32,000 nt of DNA from contig OY759724.1 in the NCBI GenBank assembly GCA_963662715.1, forward strand, positions 2,460,001 through 2,492,000, in the 5' to 3' direction. This stretch comes from Candidatus Omnitrophota bacterium (lineage in GTDB: Bacteria; Omnitrophota; Gorgyraeia; Zapsychrales; JANLHA01). Under the pieces are notes generated by a model. That model searched no databases, was not told the origin of the DNA, and was given only the letters and a program-made list of their open reading frames with translations. A program made the position numbers and the translations under genes. Shown piece by piece: positions 8,269 to 15,770 of the stretch; positions within the stretch are counted from its first letter, which is position 1; each line of letters opens with the position of its first letter.

Positions 8269-9729
8269 ATGGCTTTTAACTCAATTCAGTTTCTTGTCTT
8301 TTTCCCCATAGTCGTTATTTTGTATTTTTCTGTCCCCGGGAAATTCCGCTGGTGCTGGCTTTTGGCCGCCAGCTATTTTTTTTACATGTCCTGGCGGCCC
8401 GAGTATCTCCTGCTGATCATCGCATCGACTCTTGTTGATTATTTTTGCGGGATGGCCATAAGCCGCAGTCAGAAGTTGTCCCGGCGAAAACTGTTTTTGC
8501 TGGTCAGTCTCGGCGTTAACTTGGGGTTGCTGTTCGCTTTTAAGTATTTCAATTTTTTCAACGGGGTCCTGAAAGAGCTCTTCCTCCGCCTGAATTGGCC
8601 CTACCGTATCGCTGATTTCGATGTGCTCCTCCCGGTCGGGATTTCCTTCTACACGTTTCAGACGCTCAGTTACACGATTGAGGTGTATCAACGGAAGAAG
8701 AAGCCGGAAACACACTTGGGTTTTTTTGCTTTATATGTCGCCTTTTTCCCGCAGTTGGTCGCCGGTCCGATTGAGCGGGCGCAAAATCTTCTGCCGCAGT
8801 TAAAGCGAAACTATGCGTTTGAATATGCCCGGGTCACGAACGGTTTAAGGCTGATGCTTTGGGGGATGTTTAAAAAGGTCGTTATTGCCGACAGGCTGGC
8901 GATCGTTGTCAACCGCGTCTATGATCAGCCCGCAGACTATCACGGCTGGGGTCTTTGTGCCGCGACAATATTTTTTGCTTTTCAAATATACTGTGATTTC
9001 TCCGGATATTCGGATATCGCCATCGGCGCGGCGCGGGTCATGGGCATTCACCTGATGAAAAATTTTGACCGGCCTTATTTGGCCTCCTCCATCCGGGAAT
9101 TCTGGGGCCGGTGGCATATTTCCCTGTCGACATGGTTTCGGGATTATGTCTATATCCCCTTGGGGGGCAACCACTGCCGCCGCAGCCGCTGGCAATGGAA
9201 TATTTTAACGACTTTTGTTCTAAGCGGACTCTGGCACGGGGCGAACTGGACATTTATTGTTTGGGGGGGGTTGCATGGTTTTTATTACCTGTTTTCCCGC
9301 TGGACAGCGGATGCCCGTTTAAAATTAGTGAAAAAGTTTTCCCTGGACCGGCATCCTTTTCTCCTGCATTTTTTCAGGGTTGTTTTGACCTTTTCCCTGG
9401 TCTGTTTCTCTTGGATATTTTTCCGGGCCAATTCGCTTTATGATGCCTTTTACATCGTCTCTCATCTCGGGGCCGGGCTTGATCGGCCCTTGATATTTCA
9501 CGCCGGGCAGACCGGCTACATCGGCCTGCCGTTGCCGGATTTTATATTCTCGTGTTTTTTGATTTTGTTCCTCCTGGCTGTCCAGGTGATGCAAGGTTTC
9601 GGCCCCGTGCAGCACCGTTTGACTCAGCAGACCGTTTGGCTGAGGTGGGCCGTTTATGTTTCTTTGGCGTTAATGATTATGAATTTGGGTATAAGCGAAG
9701 AGATCCCCTTTATTTATTTTCAGTTTTAA
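8269..9729 (+). CDS. MBOAT-family membrane O-acyltransferase (AlgI/DltB/PatA-like)
   Basis: N-terminus MAFNSIQFLVFFPIVV. Conserved blocks are FYTFQTLSYTIEVY, FFPQLVAGPIERA, YCDFSGYSDIAIG, FWGRWHISLSTWFRDYVYIPLGG and the catalytic-His region SGLWHGANW. Confidence 0.9.
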   Translation: MAFNSIQFLVFFPIVVILYFSVPGKFRWCWLLAASYFFYMSWRPEYLLLIIASTLVDYFCGMAISRSQKLSRRKLFLLVSLGVNLGLLFAFKYFNFFNGVLKELFLRLNWPYRIADFDVLLPVGISFYTFQTLSYTIEVYQRKKKPETHLGFFALYVAFFPQLVAGPIERAQNLLPQLKRNYAFEYARVTNGLRLMLWGMFKKVVIADRLAIVVNRVYDQPADYHGWGLCAATIFFAFQIYCDFSGYSDIAIGAARVMGIHLMKNFDRPYLASSIREFWGRWHISLSTWFRDYVYIPLGGNHCRRSRWQWNILTTFVLSGLWHGANWTFIVWGGLHGFYYLFSRWTADARLKLVKKFSLDRHPFLLHFFRVVLTFSLVCFSWIFFRANSLYDAFYIVSHLGAGLDRPLIFHAGQTGYIGLPLPDFIFSCFLILFLLAVQVMQGFGPVQHRLTQQTVWLRWAVYVSLALMIMNLGISEEIPFIYFQF

Positions 9730-9892
9730 ATCATTTTGTTGAAATGTCCTTCGGGGGGTAGTCAAAATAGGGGATCGGCCGCGTTTACAAACAGGATGAT
9801 ATATATTTAAATTATCTATTGTATTGTGTGCCTGCGGCTGATAAACTGAATCGTAATGGCTTCATAGCAAATATGAAAAGGTTTTATAAGGA

Positions 9893-10600
9893 ATGGATTT
9901 AAAACTATTGTTTCCCAATATTATCACGGCAGGAAATATGTTCTGTGGATTGGCTGCGATCAATTTAGGCTTTTCCGGCCGTCCGTTGTTGGGCGGGTAT
10001 CTCATATTTTTAGGAATGACACTGGATTTTTTCGACGGCCGGGTAGCTCGTCTCACGAATTCTGCCAGCCGGTTCGGCGCTTACCTTGATTCCCTGACAG
10101 ATATCGTTACCTTCGGGGTCGCTCCGGTCATTTTGGTTTTTGTCACGTGTCCGGCGAAATACCGGTTCCTGATTTCTGTCTTTTTGTCCATTTATACCGT
10201 CTGCGGTGTTTACCGCCTGATCCGCTTTACCCGTAATGTGCATGTCAAGAAAGGGGAGATGTTTACCGGCATGCCTATCCCGGCCGCTGCCGGCGTTCTT
10301 ATGAGTTATTTGCTGTTGGTCCTGCATTCCCACATGTCGTATTCTTGTGTCTGGATGGGGTTCTTTTTGTTAGCCAATTCCGTGTTAATGGTGAGCCGGT
10401 TGCCTTATTTCCATTTCGCCAAATTGCTTTACATCGTTCCGATTGTTTCGAAAATAACGGCTGTGATATGCATGATCCTTTTTATCACGTTTGGCTATTA
10501 TTATGCCATCTTTTTTGTGCTTTTCGCGCTTTACGCTGTTTTCGGAATTCAATGGCCTGTCAGACAGGTGATTTTCGGAAAACTGCTCCCCAACAGATAA
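9893..10600 (+). CDS. pssA: CDP-diacylglycerol--serine O-phosphatidyltransferase (CDP-alcohol phosphatidyltransferase family)
   Basis: N-terminus PNIITAGNMFCGLAAI and the CDP-OH_P_transf motif D-G-x2-A-R-x8-G-x3-D-x3-D (DFFDGRVARLTNSASRFGAYLDSLTDIV). About 235 aa and polytopic, as for bacterial type II PssA. Confidence 0.8.
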   Translation: MDLKLLFPNIITAGNMFCGLAAINLGFSGRPLLGGYLIFLGMTLDFFDGRVARLTNSASRFGAYLDSLTDIVTFGVAPVILVFVTCPAKYRFLISVFLSIYTVCGVYRLIRFTRNVHVKKGEMFTGMPIPAAAGVLMSYLLLVLHSHMSYSCVWMGFFLLANSVLMVSRLPYFHFAKLLYIVPIVSKITAVICMILFITFGYYYAIFFVLFALYAVFGIQWPVRQVIFGKLLPNR

Positions 10601-10645
10601 TCCCGGCCTTTTTTATCATATCCTCAATACAAAGAATATTGTTCT

Positions 10646-11152
10646 CTAACTGAATTCTACGGGCTTGATTTCTGCTATCCTGACATGTCCTTTCGTGCAT
10701 TGCAGAATGGCGGAAAAATAGATGTTTTGAAAGTTGGCATATTTCAGGCAGGCCTCAAAAGATGCCGTTAGCAGGTGTCCGAAGAAACTGTCGGCAACTT
10801 CTTTGGTGATGTTGTATTCTCCTTCATGGATTGTATAGGCTAACGGTGTGTTTTGGGTGGGGTGCAGAGCAGGAATCGGCGTAAATGAGAGCCGGACAGT
10901 TTTTTTGAATTGATAATCAAGGGTCACAGGGAGGTCCTCGATCACAATGTCTTTGGCGGTGCAGGATCCTTCATTTATCAGGACCATCAGTTGTTGGGCC
11001 GGGTCAATAGAGAAGGTCAAAACAGGAACTTTATTACGGTCTTTTTCAAGCCTTAGCGCCTGCTTCAACTGGGCGATACGGATCCGGCTGGATATCAACA
11101 TCCCGCCCACCAGAAGGGCTAATATCATCTGAACTAACAGTGAAATGCTCAA
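10646..11152 (-). CDS. hypothetical single-pass membrane-anchored protein
   Basis: 168-aa ORF with N-terminal TM LLVQMILALLVGGMLISS. It lies 34 nt downstream of the DUF481 gene on the same strand and is probably co-transcribed. No family recognised. Confidence 0.5.
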   Translation of the reverse strand: MSISLLVQMILALLVGGMLISSRIRIAQLKQALRLEKDRNKVPVLTFSIDPAQQLMVLINEGSCTAKDIVIEDLPVTLDYQFKKTVRLSFTPIPALHPTQNTPLAYTIHEGEYNITKEVADSFFGHLLTASFEACLKYANFQNIYFSAILQCTKGHVRIAEIKPVEFS

Positions 11153-11186
11153 AAGGCCCGGTCCCTTATAAATAAAAATTTATTCA

Positions 11187-11921
11187 TTAAAAGAGATATT
11201 TCAAAGCTGTGATAAAGCGCGTATCCGTTTTCTTTTTATCCCCAGCCGGATCGGAATTGTAGTCAACAATAAATTTAACCGAGAGATCCAATCCTTCACT
11301 AATCGGATTCGTGAAGGCGGTTTCCGATTTGAGCCGGAAACTGCTGTCTGCGAGAGAAGGGATGAGAGAGAAATCTTCAGAGGCAAAAGCCTTTTCTAGA
11401 ATTTGTTTTTTTAGAAAAGTATGGGCGATGAACACCATTTCTTCGTCGCCCTTAAGTCCGGCCGTGCGGTATTCGGTTGTTTCATAACCCAGAGACCCTT
11501 CCAGCATGGCCTTCCAGTCTTCTTCCTTGGAAAACCAGTATCCCAAACCGACGGCAGGCGTAATGCGGTAATCGACGTCCGCGAAATAATCATGCATTAT
11601 TTCCAGCTGGTAGGAATTAAACCAGACTTTGGCTTCTCCGAAGTCATAATGATAACGGGTCAGACTTGTCCATTTCTGCGTATCCATCTTGTCGTTGGTT
11701 TCCGAATAATAAATATCAATGGCTGAGGAAAATTCCGCATCGGTCAAAAGATATTTGACAGCCCCGTTAATATTAAATTGGGCGTTGTCGGTATTGCCGT
11801 TAGACTGATTATATCCGAGGGAAATTTCTTTTTTCCATTCATTGGCAGAAGCATTCAGGCAGAAGGCGAATGTCATAAGCGTGAGTGTTGCGGTTATGAA
11901 TATTATGCGTTTTTGTCTCAT
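11187..11921 (-). CDS. DUF481-family (YdiY-like) outer-membrane beta-barrel protein
   Basis: Signal peptide ...AFCLNASA|NEW. EISLGYNQSNGNTDNAQFNINGAVKY is typical of DUF481. The beta-barrel C-terminus is ITALKYLF. SD AAGGGGG lies upstream of the ATG at 11921. Confidence 0.8.
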   Translation of the reverse strand: MRQKRIIFITATLTLMTFAFCLNASANEWKKEISLGYNQSNGNTDNAQFNINGAVKYLLTDAEFSSAIDIYYSETNDKMDTQKWTSLTRYHYDFGEAKVWFNSYQLEIMHDYFADVDYRITPAVGLGYWFSKEEDWKAMLEGSLGYETTEYRTAGLKGDEEMVFIAHTFLKKQILEKAFASEDFSLIPSLADSSFRLKSETAFTNPISEGLDLSVKFIVDYNSDPAGDKKKTDTRFITALKYLF

Positions 11922-12084
11922 GGCGACCCCCTTTAACTTTTGAGATTTATAAACGTGAGTGAATTATATGAAGGGGCGGGTCAAATGTCAAGTGCAAAAG
12001 TCCCCCCGGCGCCATCACGCCCGGGAGGGGTTGTTGCGCTGTGTGTTTTTGTTTTTTGCCCCCGGCAATTTTTTGGGAGAGCGG

Positions 12085-12113
12085 TTGTCGAATTGTCAAT
12101 TTCGATGTACAAT
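12085..12113 (+). promoter_or_regulatory. candidate sigma70 promoter for the zinc-ribbon/purU/REC/PilZ gene string
   Basis: TTGTCG (12085-12090), a 17-nt spacer, then TACAAT (12108-12113). It lies about 110 nt upstream of the ATG at 12222. Confidence 0.4.
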
Positions 12114-12221
12114 ACCCTTTAAATCCGTTTGAGATGAAACGCGCTTATCCGCAGAGGAGTTCTCGTCTTTCATCAGCGGGTTGAGATGACCATTAATTAT
12201 CCGGTTAGGAGGAGGGATGTC

Positions 12222-12770
12222 ATGATATGCCCTGATTGTCAGAGTAAATTGGAAGAAGTGGATTACCGGGGGATGCGGATACATGACTGTCCGCAGTGCC
12301 GGGGAAGATGGTTGGCCCGGGACGAGCTCATTAAAGCCAAAGATATGACCGATGACGATCTCCGCTGGCTGGACTTTGATCCTTTCGGCAAAGAGGCCGA
12401 GCGTTATCATGTCTCTCCCGAACGGAAGAGTTGTCCGCAATGTGCGGTGGATATGGACGCCCTGACATATGCGGAATCCGGCGTCGTGATTGACCGCTGT
12501 CTGAACTGTCAAGGCGTCTGGGTTCACCACGGGGAGTTTGAGAAAATCATCCAGTATTTGGAAAACCTTATCAGCAGTAAAAGCGGAGGGGAATATGCCC
12601 GGGATTCTTTAGCCCAATTCATTCAGATCGCCATGGGCAAAGAAGACGTTGTCTCGGAAATAAAAGATTTTCTTGTCGTTTTAAAACTGTCAGAGTTGCG
12701 CTGGGGGATTGAACACCCCCATATCGCTGACACCATTAAGAGAATTCACGAATATCTTCCTTTTCTTTGA
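12222..12770 (+). CDS. double TFIIB-type zinc-ribbon protein (Zn-finger nucleic-acid-binding family)
   Basis: Two C-x2-C...C-x2-C-x-G-x-W modules (CPDCQSKL...CPQCRGRWLARDEL and CPQCAVDM...CLNCQGVWVHHGEF). I prefer ATG 12222, preceded by AGGAGGAGGG (12207-12216), over the track start at 12186. Confidence 0.7.
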   Translation: MICPDCQSKLEEVDYRGMRIHDCPQCRGRWLARDELIKAKDMTDDDLRWLDFDPFGKEAERYHVSPERKSCPQCAVDMDALTYAESGVVIDRCLNCQGVWVHHGEFEKIIQYLENLISSKSGGEYARDSLAQFIQIAMGKEDVVSEIKDFLVVLKLSELRWGIEHPHIADTIKRIHEYLPFL

Positions 12771-12808
12771 TCTGCAAGTATTGATCAAAAAATCTTCACG
12801 GGTTGTTT

Positions 12809-13660
12809 ATGAACCATGCCGTATTATTAATATCTTGTCCGGACCAGAAAGGCATTACAGCCACAGTTTCAAACTTTATCTTTCAGCATAACGGAAATAT
12901 CGTTCATGCCGACCAGCATATCGATGAACAGACGAACACATTCTTTATGCGCATCGAATGGTCGCTTGATCAATTTGATATTGAGCCTGCTCAGATCAGC
13001 GCTGTTTTTCAGGAGACCGTGGACAGGTTCCGTATGCAGTGCGACCTGAGCTTCACTCGGGTGCGCCCCCGGATGGCTGTTTTTGTCTCCAGGCATCTGC
13101 ACTGCCTGCAGGATGTTTTATTGCGCCAGAAAGCCGGACAGTTCCGTTGTGATATCCCGCTGATTATCAGTAATCATCCTGATGCCGCGGATTTAGCGGA
13201 GCAGTTTCAGATTGATTTTTATGAGCTTCCTGTTTCTCCGGACAATAAGGCCGAACAGGAACAAAGACAGCTGCAATATCTCCGGTCGGCCCGGGTTGAT
13301 TTTGTTTTTTTGGCCCGCTATCATCAGATTTTAACCAAAGAGTTCATTGCCCAGTTCCCGCAGAAGATTATCAACATTCATCATTCCTTTCTGCCGGCTT
13401 TTGCGGGTAAGAATCCTTATGCGCAGGCCTATAAGAAAGGCGTGAAAATTATCGGGGCCACGAGCCATTATGTCACAGAGGCTCTGGATGAAGGTCCGAT
13501 TATTGAACAGGATACTGTTCGCGTCAGCCACCGGGATGCCTTGGAAGACTTGATTCGGAAGGGGGAAGATCTTGAGAAAGTCGTTTCGGCAAGAGCGATC
13601 CGTTTGTTCCTGGAGAAGAGAATTCTCTGTTACGGCAACAAAACAGTGGTTTTTGATTAG
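12809..13660 (+). CDS. purU: formyltetrahydrofolate deformylase
   Basis: N-terminal ACT domain (AVLLISCPDQKGITATVSNFIFQHNGNIVHADQH) followed by the formyl-transferase core (IINIHHSFLPAFAGKNPYAQAYKKGVKIIGATSHYVTEALDEGPII). Length of about 283 aa is typical. Confidence 0.92.
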   Translation: MNHAVLLISCPDQKGITATVSNFIFQHNGNIVHADQHIDEQTNTFFMRIEWSLDQFDIEPAQISAVFQETVDRFRMQCDLSFTRVRPRMAVFVSRHLHCLQDVLLRQKAGQFRCDIPLIISNHPDAADLAEQFQIDFYELPVSPDNKAEQEQRQLQYLRSARVDFVFLARYHQILTKEFIAQFPQKIINIHHSFLPAFAGKNPYAQAYKKGVKIIGATSHYVTEALDEGPIIEQDTVRVSHRDALEDLIRKGEDLEKVVSARAIRLFLEKRILCYGNKTVVFD

Positions 13661-13684
13661 CCAGAATGAAAATACGGGGGACGT

Positions 13685-14182
13685 ATGAAAAAAATTCTTG
13701 TTGTTGATGACGAAGTTGATTTATGTGAACTTGTTCAGAGAAGTCTGCAGAAAACCGGGGAATATACCGTTGAAACAGTTTCCCAGCCGGAAGAAGTTAT
13801 ATCCAGGTGTCTTGACTTCAAGCCTGACCTGATTTTGCTTGATATCGTGATGCCCAGATTGAAAGGCACGGATCTGATAAAAACCTTGCGGACGAACCCG
13901 GAACTGTCCAAGATCCGTATCATTGTTACCAGCGGTTTGGGGGAAATGGTCTATTCCAAAAAGAAAGATCAATGGAAGTGGCAGCCCAACCGTGAACTTA
14001 TTGCCGAACGGGGGGATATTGTTCAAGAAAAGAATTCTGAACGTGCCGCGGCTGCTTATGGTGTCGATGATTATCTGGCCAAGCCCTTTAAGCCGGCAAC
14101 ACTTTTGCAGGTCGTTCAAGACGTATTTTTTAAAGATAAACCTCAGGAGGAAGAAGAGAAAGATGATGATATTGTTTTTTAG
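13685..14182 (+). CDS. stand-alone response-regulator receiver (CheY-like) with an insertion in the beta4-alpha4 region and an acidic tail
   Basis: Acidic pocket VVDDE, phospho-acceptor LLD(53)IVMP, T82 (IIVTSG) and K133 (YLAKPF). T-to-K spacing is 51 residues versus 22 in E. coli CheY. No output domain. Confidence 0.85.
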   Translation: MKKILVVDDEVDLCELVQRSLQKTGEYTVETVSQPEEVISRCLDFKPDLILLDIVMPRLKGTDLIKTLRTNPELSKIRIIVTSGLGEMVYSKKKDQWKWQPNRELIAERGDIVQEKNSERAAAAYGVDDYLAKPFKPATLLQVVQDVFFKDKPQEEEEKDDDIVF

Positions 14183-14218
14183 CTGGAGGAGATAATAACC
14201 CAGACACACAAAATTAGC

Positions 14219-14758
14219 ATGGGGAAAGGGGATGTCATGCAAGAAAATTCAGGAGAAGAGCGAAGGCGGTCGCCGCGTTATGAAACGGATGTCAAAATTC
14301 AGTTTTATGTTAATTTTAATCTGAAGACCGTTGTCGAATATCGCATTAAAGAAGAGGGTGCTGAGGACTTTTCGGAAGAAAAATATACCGGAATCACGAA
14401 GAACGTTAGCGTGGAGGGACTTTGTCTCTCCTCTCGTATTAATTTAAATAAAGGCGATGCTTTATATATGGAAGTGTTTGTCCCTCAGTCGAAAGCGCCG
14501 ATCATCATGGAAGGTCGCGTGCAGTGGTGCCGGGCTGCTGAAGGGGACCAAAAAGAGGAGGGGATTGAGGATTTTTATGATGCAGGAATCAAGGTGGTTT
14601 CTGTTAATGGCGAATTTGTTGAGCAGACAATCTTTTTTGATGAAGTTCATAAAATGTTATGGAGCAGTGTCCTTGAAACCGTATTCAGCAGCTTTAAAGA
14701 ACTAAGTAAGGTTAGACTTGAACGCTTGCGCTCTGTATCCCAGCAGTCTAATCTTTAG
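14219..14758 (+). CDS. PilZ-domain (c-di-GMP-binding) protein
   Basis: RxxxR motif (EERRRSPRY) and the D/N-x-S-x-x-G motif (KNVSVEGLCL) at canonical spacing, followed by a non-PilZ C-terminal helix region of about 60 aa. Alternative start at ATG 14237. Confidence 0.8.
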   Translation: MGKGDVMQENSGEERRRSPRYETDVKIQFYVNFNLKTVVEYRIKEEGAEDFSEEKYTGITKNVSVEGLCLSSRINLNKGDALYMEVFVPQSKAPIIMEGRVQWCRAAEGDQKEEGIEDFYDAGIKVVSVNGEFVEQTIFFDEVHKMLWSSVLETVFSSFKELSKVRLERLRSVSQQSNL

Positions 14759-14771
14759 GTCTGCCTTCCAG

Positions 14772-14786
14772 CGGCCTTCAGGGCCG
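14772..14786 (+). terminator. weak candidate intrinsic terminator after the PilZ gene
   Basis: CGGCC-ttcag-GGCCG hairpin (5 GC pairs), followed after 7 nt by a TTTTTATT stretch. The stem is short, so this is only suggestive. Confidence 0.3.
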
Positions 14787-14989
14787 TTAAATGATTTTTA
14801 TTGCCGTATTCTTTTTTATTAATATTTATTTGTAATACAGAATTCCTTTTTGAGACATATTGCTAGCCTTTAGTTCCCGGAAAGTAATGAGTAAGGAAAA
14901 ATGTGGTATTTTCCGGCTTTTATGCTATTCTATTAACTTGTGTTTGATAATTTGCGGAAAGTTTTCTTAGTATTTTTATTGAAATAAGA

Positions 14990-15078
14990 GGAGAGGTGGC
15001 CGAGTGGTTTAAGGCGCACGCCTGGAGAGCGTGTGGCGGCCGAAAGGTTGCTCGAGAGTTCGAATCTCTCCCTCTCCG
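14990..15078 (+). tRNA. tRNA-Ser (anticodon GGA), class II with long variable arm, no encoded CCA
   Basis: Acceptor GGAGAGG/CCTCTCC, anticodon stem CACGC/GCGTG with loop CTGGAGA, long variable arm, T-arm GAGAG-TTCGAAT-CTCTC, discriminator G. Confidence 0.93.
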
Positions 15079-15220
15079 CTGAATTTGTTTTTGTCTGTAG
15101 CAGTTTGTGTTTTTTTTATGCTTCTGTGTTGCAGGAGAGATGAGAACTCCAGGGGGTAAGGGGGAAGAATTCCCCCTTGCTTTTGGGGTGACAGAGACGA
15201 GCGTAAGCGAGGATATTTTT

Positions 15221-15760
15221 ATGGATGTTTACGAATTATGGGCGAAAGCTTTAAAACATACCGAAGTCATACGTCCGCGAGTCCAGTATTTGTCGACTTT
15301 TGAAGATACAACTGTTCCCTATATCCTGCTTTCGAGGTCCAGTATCAATTTCGGCGACACGGTCGCCAGGACAGGCGAAGTCATTGTCCAGAGGCCTTCC
15401 TTAATCCTGCCGCCGAACAATCCCCAATTCAGTGGTTTTGACTTTGACGAACATCTTCGTTCCCAAGAAAGCGGGCTTGTTAATTTCTTGCTGATCAGAG
15501 GTATTCAAGTGCCTTCCTTGAGTTATAACAATAAAACTTCTGCTTTGGATATTTATGAAGGCGATTTAAACAAGGCGGTCTCGCATTATGCGGATCAGTT
15601 GCAGCGAAGAGAGAACGTCCATGCCGGATTGATCACCGGCCCGGAGGAATGCTGGCAGTTTTCGGTCCTGATTTATGTTTGTTCTCAAGTCGCCAGAAAT
15701 TCCGCCCGGGATATTCAAAAACTTCTGGAGGAATATAAGAAGAACAATAAAAAAGATTAG
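15221..15760 (+). CDS. hypothetical cytoplasmic protein (179 aa)
   Basis: Track ORF is 15107..15760. I prefer ATG 15221 (MDVYELWAKAL...) because the upstream part abuts the tRNA flank. The gene ends 10 nt before the M16 peptidase start. No family recognised. Confidence 0.5.
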   Translation: MDVYELWAKALKHTEVIRPRVQYLSTFEDTTVPYILLSRSSINFGDTVARTGEVIVQRPSLILPPNNPQFSGFDFDEHLRSQESGLVNFLLIRGIQVPSLSYNNKTSALDIYEGDLNKAVSHYADQLQRRENVHAGLITGPEECWQFSVLIYVCSQVARNSARDIQKLLEEYKKNNKKD

Positions 15761-15770
15761 AGGTGAGAGG

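Noticed and set aside
11940-12122. 60-aa plus-strand ORF in the divergent intergenic region
   Set aside because: It starts with a non-ATG codon, has no SD, runs through hairpin and T-tract sequence and the predicted promoter, and its composition is not protein-like.
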